Shown: positions 1 through 12,540, counted from the first letter of the stretch. The stretch is DNA of 64,000 nucleotides from Octopus vulgaris (GCA_951406725.2 OX597826.1:70618001-70682000), one strand, 5' to 3'. Notes: generated by a model from the letters alone, not told the origin. Program-made: numbers and translations.

Positions 1-10
1 TTATTTGCCA

Positions 11-18
11 CAATAATG

Positions 19-75
<57 letters not shown>

Positions 76-250
76 GTATTGATAAGGATTTCTTTTATTT
101 GCCCCAAGGTCGACGGATGAGGAGACGTTGCAAGGAGATATTACAAACACGGTACGGATTCTCACAGAATCGATTATAAGAAAACCGACATGGGAAGCAA
201 CACAACAACAGCAACAACAACGATAACATAACAACAACAATAAAAGTGAC

Positions 251-318
<68 letters not shown>

Positions 319-350
319 TAATAATAATAATAATAATAATAAAAATAATG

Positions 351-411
<61 letters not shown>

Positions 412-420
412 CAATAATGA
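11..420. repeat. (AAT)n microsatellite tracts at about 11-72 and 250-420
   Basis: Visible tandem AAT; explains the poly-I, poly-L and poly-Y ORFs. Confidence 0.95.
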
Positions 421-1419
421 CAAGAATAATGTTTCAGGCAATTTTACTTTTAGCTTCTCAATCAATTTACTTTTGGTAGGTTTCCAAAAATCTCTGCGCG
501 GTTTATCACTTCATTAAGTACACTTTACAACAGACTTAAGATTTCATCACTTATACGTTTGTTCAATAGCATGCATGTTTAGAATTTATCCTTATGCCAC
601 AGTATCTCACACACACACGCTCGCGCGCAAGCACGCTCATATACACACGCACACATTCACATATAACCCTATCTATGTACGGACAGACTTGAGTGTAGAC
701 AACAGGGAGAAAAAGTGAAGCGAATAGACGATATTATAAATAGCTTGAATTAATTTATTGGAAGTTGAACCTTCACGAATCTTTACTCCGATTTTATCGC
801 TGCCCATCCAAGGATGCTTACGAAAATAGAAACATAACATTTTTTTAAAAACTATATGCAAAAGATTTTGAATAAAACAGCGAGCAATGACTGGACGCTA
901 GAATATAACAGAAAGAGATTATTGGTTGATAGGGTGTAACGGATGGATGCTATTTGGAGGGAGCAAATAATATTCTATTTTGTTTTTATAATGAGGCTGT
1001 AAAATTGACTTAAACTAACAAATGTATTTAATATAATAATTGTGACAAATAAAATGAAATTACCTTCCGGCTCTTCAAATCCCGCTTAACTCAACTCCAC
1101 CTTTCATCCCTCCAGCATCGATAAAATAAAATACCTATGTATGCTATGAACAGTATGTTAGTTGACAGCGATGGGTTTGCGAAGTCTGCATTCTGAGTTC
1201 AAATTCAGTCGAGGATCGTCATTGCATTTAATCCTTCTAAGAAAAATTGGAGAATTAAAATTAACCAAAACAAAAACAACAGCATCGAGAGACTGTCAGA
1301 GAGAAACTACCCAAATAAAAGTATTAATAAAAAAAAACCCATAAAATAATGACGAAATATTTCCGTTAGACGATACACGTTAATTTTACCTGATTCATAA
1401 TATAACATTGTAAAACTAA

Positions 1420-1980
1420 AATTTCGCAGAACGCGTATAGCTGATGATATTTTTCGTGCTTTCATTCAATCCATTCCAGTCTAGAAATAAAATGGCCATT
1501 TTCCACCGAGGCAGAGGGAAAAGTACAATTTAGGCGAAATGCTTCACTAATGTAAGGTAATGCAAAACCCAGAATAGATAAGTAAATTCCAAGGGCAACT
1601 GATCTTGTGTTTTTTCAGCTTCCAAATATACTTGGAGAAAGCTGCATCTTATCTTTTTTCGGTTTCTGGCAAGAATATGATTGAAGAAATTTTCAGTAAG
1701 CTCGATATAAGATTTAAAGGCGGTATTAAAATGAGGAGAAACTTTGTTCCAGTAGAGCATAACTCTTAAAGAGTATTGGCCCATCGAAGAAAAGCGGTGG
1801 TATAGAAATTACAATTACAAACAGAGGAATGGATTGTATAATTTGTGTTGGATAAGTTCCCTGTGTCGAATTTAGCGATAGAGGCTATATAGTCGATAAT
1901 ACAAGACAAGCTACATTTAAGCATGATTTGATTAAAGAGATTAGAATATTTATACGTAAAGTATACTAGCCAACTCAATA
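1420..1980 (-). mobile_element. Decayed Penelope-like element, GIY-YIG endonuclease region
   Basis: Minus-strand frames give CNC, SYIELTENFF (cf. YIGLTENxF), AFSKYIWKLKKHKI and FSLCLGGK (cf. CxLCLxEK) in the order expected for PLE endonucleases. Stops and frameshifts are present. Confidence 0.65.
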
Positions 1981-2185
1981 TGGCTAACCACTAAGGGTGG
2001 GTGTTACTGCAGCTTTTAGCCCCAGGAGATCATCGTCTCCAACTGGCTTTAGAATATCTATAATTTTCTAGGAAATGGAAAGATTTACATCTAGTATTGA
2101 GTTTCATTATATCTCTAATTGCCTGTACAACAACAACAACAATAACAATAACAATGATAACAACAACAACAACAACAACAACAAC

Positions 2186-2217
<32 letters not shown>

Positions 2218-2219
2218 TA

Positions 2220-2411
2220 TTTCAATTATTGGCACAAGGTCTGAAATTTCGGGAGAGAGTGGTGTAAGTGTAACTGGTACTTATTTCATCGACCTCGAAT
2301 GGGTGAAAGGCAAAGTCGGTCTCAGCGGAATCTAAACTCAGAATGTAAAAACGGACGAAATGCAGCTAAGCATTTTGTCCGGTGTGCTAACGATTCTACC
2401 AGTTCGCCGCC
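2220..2411 (-). mobile_element. SINE family A, diverged copy
   Basis: Reverse complement aligns by eye to the family A copy at 30078-30310. Confidence 0.8.
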
Positions 2412-2456
2412 GTAATAATAATAACAAAAACAATATTACTTATTATTATTTTATTC

Positions 2457-2509
<53 letters not shown>

Positions 2510-2510
<1 letters not shown>

Positions 2511-2898
2511 GAGCAAAACGCCTCCCGTCCAATGGACGGTGCTGGGTTGTCAAACATTTAAACCAAATTTTCTCAAAACAACTTGTCCGACCGTCCTATT
2601 TTGTGGCGTTATTTCAAGCCAGCCGGCTTTTTATTTGCGAAAACTCCACGTGCATTTTTCTCGCGTACGCGTAGTATCGATCGCAACAGCTTATGTAGTT
2701 GCGCGTACAAATACACGTTCCCACGGCTTTATCGACCGCATTCTCACCTGGAATCGATTTTTGTAATTTTTTCAAGACTTATACACGCCCTGATACCGTC
2801 GGTATCTACATATCAAATTCGAGCGCAATCGGATGGAGGATGCCCGAGATCTTAGAAGACACACGCACAGACAGACAGAACAGATTTTATATAGTAGA
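2510..2898 (-). mobile_element. Non-autonomous Helitron-like element
   Basis: Minus strand starts A|TCTACTATATAAA followed by a (TCTG)/(TG) tract. It has a subterminal hairpin CCGTCC-3nt-GGACGG (2525-2539) and ends CTCG|T (cf. CTRR|T). A partial homolog lies at about 8950-9165. Confidence 0.65.
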
Positions 2899-3041
2899 TG
2901 TTAAAAGGTAGATTTTATTATCTATATACACACACATGCACATATAATTACACACATGCATACACACACTTACACACACATGCACATATATATCAATCTA
3001 TCTCACTACCCACCTCTCTATCTATCTATATATATCTACAC

Positions 3042-3045
<4 letters not shown>

Positions 3046-3076
<31 letters not shown>

Positions 3077-3494
3077 TGTATGTATGTATGTATGCATGTA
3101 TGTATGTATGTATGCATGTATGTATGTATGTATGTATGTATGTATGTATGCATGTATGTATGTATGTATGCATGCATGTATGTATGCATGTATGTATGTA
3201 TGTATGCATGTATGTATGTATGTATGTACGTATGTATGTATGTATGTATGTATGTATGTATGTATGTATGTATGTATGTATGCATGCATGCATGCATGCA
3301 TGTATGTATGTATGTATGTATGTATGTATGTATGTATGTATGTATGCATGTATGTATGTATGTATGTATGTATGTATGTATGTATGTATGTATGTATGTA
3401 TGTATGTATGTATGTATGTATGTATGTATGTATGTATGTATGTATGTATGTATGTATGTATGTATGTATGTATGTATATATGTATGTATGTATA
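3046..3494. repeat. (TATG)n tetranucleotide microsatellite with CATG variants
   Basis: Direct reading; source of the MYVC/HTYI ORFs. Confidence 0.97.
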
Positions 3495-3743
3495 TGGTCT
3501 ATCAAGGAGCGCTTTGAGTGCAAATTTCGCCGTGGTCAGTTTTTCTTTAATTCCTTTCGTAGAGGTCAATAAAGTCATATCAATCGCTTAGTAAATTCAC
3601 TCAATTTAAATCTATTATACACTTGTATATGAACTTCTGGCATTTTATCAAGGAAAACGATCAATTTCAATTAAAGCGATCGACATAAACTATACTTCCG
3701 AAATAATGATGATGAAGATGAAAATGATGATGATGATGATGAT

Positions 3744-3774
<31 letters not shown>

Positions 3775-3929
3775 TGGAGGAGGGGGAGGAGGAAGAGGAG
3801 GAAGACTTCTTTTATTTACCACCAGGGTAATGAATGAGGGGCACGTTGCAGATAGATATGAAGAGTGGGATTTACATGGAATCGAATGTGTGTGTGTGTA
3901 TGTATGTATATATGTGTGTGTGTGTGTGT

Positions 3930-4074
3930 ACAGAACCTAGCAACGCTATTTTCTGAAGTTCTCCTACGTTAACACTGCAAGGGAGTTTGTCGAGCTGCTT
4001 ATCAAGGGCCTTTTTAATTAGCCCTAATGCTCCAATCACTATTGGTGCTGTGCTGCTTTTCATTTCCCCCATTA

Positions 4075-4075
<1 letters not shown>
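3930..4075 (-). mobile_element. C-terminal fragment of an RLE-type non-LTR retrotransposon (R4/Dong-like)
   Basis: ORF 3872-4072 contains PIVIGALGLIKK...ELQKIALLGS, the typical IGALG...LQKxALLG end of restriction-like-endonuclease LINE ORFs. Confidence 0.7.
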
Positions 4076-4612
<537 letters not shown>

Positions 4613-4656
4613 TTTTGAAATATATATATATGTATATATATATGTATGTATGTGTG

Positions 4657-4687
<31 letters not shown>

Positions 4688-5164
4688 ATGTACGTTTTTA
4701 TGTATGTATATAAATACATATATTTCTCTGTTCAGATATTAATTGTTAAAATCTTGTTATATAACATTTGTTAACCCAGCTAAAACCATATAAGGCGCGT
4801 TGCTTTTTTTATTTATTCATTTTGTTCTTCTGCGAAGGTAGCAGGTGACACTCAGAGAGAGGTGGAGCACGTATCAAGGTCTTTCCTTTTCACTTTGCTT
4901 ATGAATGAAGAGGAGGACAATTTTTAAGCGTTGAAAGTTACAAACTCGAATGCTTTAACAGCAGACAATGACGATGGCGGCGGCGGTGGCGGACAGCGGT
5001 GGGTTGCGGTGAGCGGCGGTGGCGTCGATGGCGGTCGGGGTGTCGGTAGCATTAACAAAATTGACCACAGCAGCAAAGACAGCATTCTGCTCATGGAAAG
5101 TGAGGAGGAGATTTCATCAATGAATTGTTCTAAGTTTTAAAAAAATTGTGCTCCTACTCTATAG

Positions 5165-5398
5165 CTATTTCTTTACTAACCACAAGGGGCTAAACACAGA
5201 GGGAACAAACAAGGACAGACAAACGGATTAAGTCGATCACATCGACCCCAGTGCGTAACTGGTACTTAATTTATCGACCCCGAAAGGATGAAAGGTAAAG
5301 TCGACCTCGGCGGAATTTGAACTCAGAACGTAACGGCAGACGAAATAACGCTAAGCATTTCGCCCAGCGTGCTAACGTTTCTGCCAGCTCGCCGCCTT
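5165..5398 (-). mobile_element. SINE family A, full length
   Basis: tRNA-like head (TGGCAGAAACG A-box-like, GTTCAAATTCC B-box) and a body shared with more than 15 copies in the window. Confidence 0.9.
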
Positions 5399-5408
5399 AA
5401 AAGTTCTC

Positions 5409-5480
5409 CGCCCGCAGAGGGACACGAACCTGTGACCCTCAGATGTCATGAATGCTCTCTACCGATTGAGCTATGCGGGC
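5409..5480 (-). pseudogene. tRNA-Lys(TTT)-like pseudogene
   Basis: 72 nt GCCCGCATAGCTCAATCGGTAGAG...ATCTGAGGGTCACAGGTTCGTGTCCCTCTGCGGGCG resembles eukaryotic tRNA-Lys(UUU). The acceptor stem pairs 7/7; the anticodon arm and T stem are broken. Confidence 0.7.
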
Positions 5481-5487
5481 CTCTAAA

Positions 5488-5662
5488 GGGATTAAGTCGA
5501 TTCCATCGACCCCAATGCGTAACTCGTACATAATTTATCGACCCCGAAAGGATAAAAGGCAAAGTCGATCTCGGCGGAATTTGAACTCAGAACGCAAAGG
5601 CAGACGAAATACCGCTAAGTATTTCGCCCGGCGTGCTAACGTTTCTGCCAGTTCGCCGCCTT
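5488..5662 (-). mobile_element. SINE family A, 3'-truncated
   Basis: Matches 5165-5398. Confidence 0.88.
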
Positions 5663-5826
5663 GCGCTCCTGCTAACGACAGTAGCTGTAAAAGCGACATC
5701 AATAACAGCCATAGCAGTAATGTTCAAAGTCAGCAGCAGCAATTAAGATGCTACAGGTAACAACAACATCAGGGGGTAGCTGGAGCAGCAATGACAACAA
5801 CGATAATTGCAGAGACAGCAGCAGCA

Positions 5827-6313
5827 GTGGAGGCGCAATGGCCCAGTGGACTCGCGGTCGTAAGAACGCGATTTCGATTCCCAGACCGGGCACTGTGAGT
5901 GTTTATTGAGCAAAAACACCTAAGCTCTACGATGCTCCGGAGGGGGGTAGTGGTGAACCCCACTGTACTCTTTCACCACAACTTTCTCTCACTCTTTCTT
6001 CCTCCTTCTGCCACAAAGCAGAGGAACCATGGTGTAACCCACTATGGTGTGGTAAACTTTCAAACTCTAGTCTAGATTGCGAATCCTCTGTACCCCAGGA
6101 TGGTTCAGCTCTCCACCCGTAAAAGGCCACCGTTTACGGAATGAGGATAACAACGTAGCTTTCGCACCCGTACAACCGCCAGTCTATCGCATGTGGTGGG
6201 TGGATCTTCAAGTTGCTACACGCATTCTTAGTTGTTTAGAGTAGGCTCGAATTAGAGATTATCCTTTGTGGCTAATGACGTTAGTCCTGATTGGAAGAAG
6301 AAGAAGAAGAAGA
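5827..6313 (+). mobile_element. SINE family C (tRNA-Arg-like head), tail type 2 ending in (GAA)n
   Basis: Head and body are shared with 8017, 44644, 48907 and 59472; about 300 bp of distinct 3' sequence follows. Confidence 0.8.
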
Positions 6314-6784
6314 CAACTACATAAGGGATAGCAGGAGCAGCAGCAATGACAGCAACAATAATTGCAGAGACAGCAGTCGCTGCGACAACAGCAGCAACCG
6401 TTCAAGAATCTGGACCTGGAGATCTCCATTTCCAGCGACTTCGAGGGTCACCTCCCAGTGGTGTCGGGCGTCAACGAAGAGCCCTCGACTACAACAAGAC
6501 GACCAAATTTTTTGTCCAAGGTCTAGGGTCTCCTACCCATAAGCCCTAGACCATCACCTAATCCCCCTTACCCGTCTTGTTGCTTAACAACAACAACAAC
6601 AACAACATCAGCAGCATTAGTGGGTAATGGTGATGACACCCTCGGCTAGATTCTGGACGTTTATGTGAATCAGTCAACTGTAAATTGGCTGCATATGTTG
6701 AAGCCCTACTCCCATTTGTCTCTGTACTGTCTCAAATATGCTTTTTGTAACCCTTGTGGCCAATAAAGTGAGTAGGCCAATAAA

Positions 6785-6960
6785 GGCGTAGGAGTGGATG
6801 TGTGGTAAGTAGCTTGCTTACCAGCCACATGGTTCCGGGTTCAGCCCCACTGTGTGGCACCTTGGACAAGTGTCTTCTACTATAGCCTCGGGCCGACCAA
6901 AGCCTTGTGAGTGGATTTGGTAGATGGAAACTGAAAGAAATCCCATATATAATATATATA

Positions 6961-7050
<90 letters not shown>

Positions 7051-7277
7051 GTGTGTTTGTGTGTTTGTGTCTGTCCCCGCAACATCGCTTGACAACCGAT
7101 ACTGGTGTATTTACGTCCCCGTAACATAGTGGTTCGGCAAAAGTGACCAATAGAATAAGTACCAGGCTTACAAAGAATAAGTCCTGGGGTCGATTTGCTC
7201 GACTAAAAGGCGGTGCTCTAGCATGGCTACAGTGATTTGACTGAAACAAGCAAAAGAGTAAAAAGAGTAAAAAGAGA
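6785..7277 (+). mobile_element. SINE family B (tRNA head, CORE-like segment, internal (TA)n(TG)n, (GAGTAAAA)n tail)
   Basis: A/B-box-like head and CCTTGG(G/A)CAAGTG CORE-like motif; about 20 copies or fragments occur in the window. Confidence 0.9.
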
Positions 7278-8016
7278 CTATTATTATCAGTAGTAGTTTT
7301 TGTAGCCACAGAAAGAACAGCAGCCGAAAAGAATGTGATGAAAAAAGAGTTCCAGCCTTGACAAACTGATTTGCTAATTTTGTGCCGCAATATATCTAGG
7401 TCTACATTCTCTAATGTCTTTCTTTTTAATGATGGTAGAGAATGAAATTTAAGAGAGCGGTTTGGCTGGTATTTCTAGCAGGCCTTCTTCGCTGGCTCTT
7501 TATGTACAAGTCGTATCTTGTGATTGATATAATCGACTCCGCCCTAACTTCCCCGATAACGTGTGACCATGTGACAAATTTAGATACCATTATTATTAAA
7601 TTAGAGCAATAACAACTGCAGAGTTGATCAGATATCGATCTCGTTGTTATAGCTATAATATTGACATAATATTATTAAATTATTATGTAATCTTATTAGG
7701 GAAGCATATAAACAAACAGAAATTTTTGTCTTCTGATATCAGAATTGAACCCTGATACATATAATCATTTATACAAACAGACGCCTGCACACATAAAGAC
7801 ATAACACATTTGCAAAAGCAGATACACACACAAATACATACGCACACACACACACACACACACACTCACACATACACATACACACGCCCATATATAAACA
7901 TACACACACTATGCATATACACACACACATACATACTCATACACTGGTAATGCTACGCTAACACACACATAGAGAAGCATTAATACACCTATACACACAT
8001 TCATGTATATACACAT

Positions 8017-8371
8017 GTGGAGGCGCAATGACCGAGTGGTTAGGGCAGCGGACTCGCGGTCGTAGGATCGCGGTTTCGATTCCTAGACCGGGCTTTTTGA
8101 GTCTTTATTGAGCGAAAACACCAGGCTCCGGTAGGGGGGGGGGTGGCGAACCCTGCTGTACTCCTTCTCTCTTTCTTCCTGTTTCTGTTGTACCTGTATT
8201 TCAAAGGGCCAGCCTTGTTACACTCTGTGTCACGCTGAATCTCCCCGAGAACTAAGATAAGGGTACACGTGTCTGTGGAGTGCTCAGCCACTTGAAAGTT
8301 ATTTTCACGAGCAAGCTGTTCCGTTAATCGTATCAGCTGGAACCTTCGTCGTCGTAACCGACGGAGAGCCA
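8017..8371 (+). mobile_element. SINE family C, tail type 1
   Basis: A box TGACCGAGTGG and B box GTTTCGATTCC; matches the reverse complement of 59472-59853. Confidence 0.88.
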
Positions 8372-8538
8372 CGTATGTACATATACACACAAAGAAATAG
8401 CGTGGGAGCTGCTATGTGGATGCTCAACCTGCTAGTAATAGGAGACAAATCTCAAATCATTTTATATGGCCTGAAGAAACGGAAGGACACATTGCTCAAT
8501 GTATTCCATGATATATAAACCGATGAGGTCATTTACAG

Positions 8539-8897
8539 TCATTTAGTCATTTGACTGCAGCCATGCTGGAGCACCTTCTTTAGTCGAACAGATCGATCCC
8601 AGGACTTATTCTTTGTAAGCCTAGTACTTATTCTACCGATCTCTTTTGCCGAACCGCTAAGTTGCGGGGACGTAAACACACCAACATCGGTTGGGGGGGG
8701 GGACAAACACAGATACACAAATACATAATACACACACAAGCACACACACACATATATATGACGGGTTTCTTTCAGTTTCCGTCTACCAAATCCATTCACA
8801 AGGCTTTGGTTGACCTGAGGCTATAGGAGAAGACACTTGCCCAAGGCGCCACGCAGTGGAACTGAATTCAGAACCATGTGGTTGGTAAGCAAGCTTC
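8539..8897 (-). mobile_element. SINE family B
   Basis: Reverse complement of 6785-7277. Confidence 0.88.
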
Positions 8898-8949
8898 TCT
8901 ATTTCATTAAATTGGCCATAAAGGCCTTACACAGAGAAAACAGTATCAG

Positions 8950-9165
8950 TCTTGAAAAAATCACAAAAACCGATTCCAGGTGAGAATACGATCGATAAAG
9001 CATTCTTTGGAATAGAAAACAAAGTCTATCTTTATTTCTTCTTTTGCTGGTGTCTCAAATAGGGGAGGCCTATGGGACGGTCGGACAAGTTGTTTTGAGA
9101 AAATTTGGTTTGAATGTTTGACAACACAGCACCATCCATTGGACGTGGGGGCGGCGTTTTGCTTA
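8950..9165 (+). mobile_element. Partial copy of the Helitron-like element at 2510-2898
   Basis: Shares GGACGGTCGGACAAGTTGTTTTGAGAAAATTTGGTTT and the terminal hairpin region. Confidence 0.7.
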
Positions 9166-9271
9166 TATATATATATTTATGATGTGTGATATTTTTCACA
9201 TATTTCATTCTATTATATATTGTATCCTGCATACTTACGTTATTATTCTAAATAACCTAACGTACAATATG

Positions 9272-9395
9272 GGCACTCCGTCGGTTACGACGACAAGTAC
9301 TCCACCTGATCCGATCAATGAAACAGCCTGCCCGAGAAATTAATGAGCGAATGGTTGAGCACTTCACAGATACGAGTCGACTTAACGTAGTTTTC
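9272..9395 (-). mobile_element. SINE family C tail-type-1 fragment
   Basis: GCACTCCGTCGGTTACGACGA also occurs at 59472. Confidence 0.75.
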
Positions 9396-9616
9396 AATTG
9401 TTATCAGTACCTATATAATCGCTGACATATATAAACACATTTTCAGGACTTCTACAACCCAGAAGAATATCGGGAACGTGATTGCCGGAGGGAGAGAGGG
9501 ATACAGCAACATTAGACTGGTGGTCACTATCAGCTGAATAAAATGGAGTAACGGGAAACGAAGAGCTTTGCTTAAAGATTCAATCAATACGCCACCCATC
9601 GTACATTAGTGTTGTA

Positions 9617-10129
9617 CCGTAAATCCTCGAGTATAATCCGCATTTCCCCCCAAAATTTAAGGGTCAAACTCCCTAGTGGGTATTATACACGAGGTTAAAA
9701 ATGAAAATTATTTTCTAAGCAACGTCCAAGTCTCTATTTGCTGTCCGGCAATTTTTATTCAGACGCATTTTGTGATGTCGGGCACAAAAATACCTTAAGC
9801 TAAGCCTGAAAGCAATGAAGTCATAAAAGGATCATCCATAACTTGCAGTAAGCAACATTTATTAAACGTTATTACTGTTATTTCTTTATTTTCTGCAAAC
9901 AAAATGCACAAAAAAGCTAAACATTTGCATTATGTTATATGTGCAATAATAATAAAGGATGTTACCGTATACATTTTTACAAACCAAGGACGATATATAG
10001 ACCTCCTTGACTTAAGTTAGAGAAGGGGTGCGTATTATACACAAGGTTTAAGTTGTGTATAGAGGTACAGCACCCTAAAAATCCCTTGCGTATTATACTC
10101 AAGGACGGACTATACACAAGGATTTGCGG
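9617..10129. mobile_element. 513-bp MITE, pogo/Tigger-like (Tc1/mariner superfamily)
   Basis: TIRs CCGTAAATCCTCGAGTATA and TATACACAAGGATTTGCGG with TA on both sides; an inverted second copy lies at 43549-44060. Confidence 0.88.
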
Positions 10130-10653
10130 TATGTAAACCCGGGGCAGCAAAGAAATACTTCCCCTGGTTTGGTAAGTTATATATATATATAAAAAAAACT
10201 GAGTTTTCATGCTTCAACATGTCTATATCTCGAACACTATAATCTCATTTTCTCCATCTGGAGAAGTCAATAAGCTAAATCTTTCATCATTTGCAATCTC
10301 TGATTGCAAAGGTTGCAGAAATTAATTTTCATTAATTACACTCGTGTGTGTGCAAAATAATTTAATAACTGACTAAATACACAAGGTGAAAGATTTGCGG
10401 ATCAATATATTCAAGTCTCTATCAAGCATTCGCAAATATTACACACAACGTGGTAGAATGTAGGAAAGAGCACAAGTATGATAGTTAGCAGCAGGTTTAA
10501 AAAAAGAGGGAAAAGGTTCGTCTCTTCTTCCCTTCAAACAGATAATATTCAGTATTAGAGAGATTATCATGAGATTACATAATAATACACAATATGGAAA
10601 GTATGAGGAACATTGCATAAAACACATAACTATATATATATAGATACATTTTT

Positions 10654-10815
10654 ACGACGGGCTTCTTTCAGTTTCCGTCTACCAAATCCACTCACAAGGC
10701 TTTGGTCGGCCCGAGGCTATAGTAGAAGACACTTGCCCAATGTGCCACGCAATGGGACTGAACCCGGAACCATGAGGTTCGTAAGCAAGCTACTTACCAC
10801 ACAGCCACTCATACG

Positions 10816-10818
<3 letters not shown>
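10654..10818 (-). mobile_element. SINE family B, head half
   Basis: Matches the family B head. Confidence 0.85.
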
Positions 10819-10852
<34 letters not shown>

Positions 10853-10856
<4 letters not shown>

Positions 10857-11340
10857 CTTTACTACCCACAAGGGGCTAAACACAGAGGGGACAAACAAGG
10901 ACAGACAAAGCGATTAAGTCGATTCCATCGACTCCAGTGCGTAACTGGTACTTAATTTATCGATCCCGAAAGGATGAAAGGCAAAGTCAACCTCGGCGGA
11001 ATTTGAACTCAGAACGTAACGGCAGACGAAATACGGCTACGCATTTCGCCCGGCGTGCTAACGATTCCGCCAGCTCCAATTTTGGCACAAGATTAGCAGT
11101 TTTGAAGGGAGAAGACAAGTCAGTTGTATTGATCCCTGTAATTGATTGGTACTTTATTTCATTGCTCCCGAAAGGATGAAAGATAAAGTTAACCTCGGCG
11201 GTATTTGAACACAGATCATAAAGAGCCGGAAAAAACTGCAACAAAGCTAACGATTCCGCCAGCTCATGTTTCTAATATAGACTCAGGACCAAAAATTTGC
11301 ATGGAGGAGGGAGAGGAGTTAGTCGATTAAATCGAACCCC
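10853..11340 (-). mobile_element. Head-to-tail cluster of family A SINEs (one young copy plus older copies)
   Basis: Repeated CCCGAAAGGATGAAAG...CCTCGGCGG...GCTAACGATTCCGCCAGCTC. Confidence 0.8.
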
Positions 11341-11354
11341 ATCCCACCTATTGT

Positions 11355-11710
11355 GGCGTCTTGTTGGTTGGCATCCTTTTTGTCTCGGGAGACAATGGAG
11401 TTGCGCATAAAGTAGTCTAGTCCGGCTTTTTTACATTTTTTACATTTCATGTCCTGATACATTTCCTGCTGTGGCTGTGTAGTCCTATCCTGGACAAACA
11501 CTCCCTCTGGCAGGTACCGCAAATGTAGCGAAGACTGTTCCTGGCTGGTTGTAATGCCATACTTTCTTGTTGACGTCTTTTCTTGTCTTACCATTTCTCC
11601 CCTCTCTCTCTCTGTCACTCCTTTGTATTCCCTCTCTTACGGTACGTCGCCAGTCTCCACGGTTGCCGGCAACTGCCTCCCAACCACTAGTATTGATGTT
11701 GCCCGGTTCT
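11355..11710 (-). mobile_element. 3' end of an RTE-clade LINE
   Basis: A minus frame reads INTSGWEAVAGNRGDWRRTVREG...YICGTCQRECLSRIGLHSHSRKC, the typical RTE C-terminus, followed by a short 3'UTR with a TTGTC/GACAA stem-loop. Confidence 0.8.
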
Positions 11711-12360
11711 TTATTCTATTGACCCAGAAGGGCAAAAAACTTAATGGATATTCGTGGTGTTTGAACTCAAAATGTAAAAGCGCTGTAGCTAAACATACGA
11801 AGCCATTTTGTCGTGCTCCTCATCGATTCTGTCAACACACTTGACATAATCTAGGAACGTAATATAAGTAACATGATACAAGGAAGTAATTATATAAGAA
11901 TGACATGAGTGTTTCTCTGCAGCCGAGAAACAATTCCGTTCCATTTATTCAATTGACATTCTGCTATTCGAATGTTCTTCCAATCGCCTACAGTTGCAAT
12001 TGGAAACGTCAATTATTTTTAATTATTTCACATCTCGGTTTACATTTTCTGTTGTGATTTAGAACAGCCGAGGAAAAAAGAAAAGAAAAAGAAAAACTAA
12101 AACAAAATTTAAAAAAATAAAAAAGGTAATAAAACAAGAAGAAATGGTTAAATTGTTGTTTGTAATTTTGTAAATGATTCCAGGAATATTTTCGTAAAGA
12201 ATATCCTGACATTTCCTTAAATTTTCAACTGCAGGAAATTATTGTTGTTGTACTAATAGTAGTAGTAGTAGTAGTAGTAGTAGTAGCGGTTGTTGTTATT
12301 ATTGCCGTCACTGTCTAAGTAGTACTTGTAGTAGCAGTAGCAGCAGCAACTGTGGCAATA

Positions 12361-12391
<31 letters not shown>

Positions 12392-12490
12392 CATCAACAA
12401 CCACAACAGGTAAGCAGACTCCGATAACAAAATCGAAAATAAAACGATACACTCACAAATACTGACGAGGACGTAAACAAACAGAAATAA

Positions 12491-12540
<50 letters not shown>

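Noticed and set aside
2898-3591. MYVC/HTYI repeat ORFs (also at 23-25 kb)
   Set aside because: They are artefacts of (TATG)n.
8017-8092. SINE heads as functional tRNA genes (also 44644, 54070 and 59780)
   Set aside because: A and B boxes are present, but the cloverleaf is incomplete and each head continues into a SINE body.
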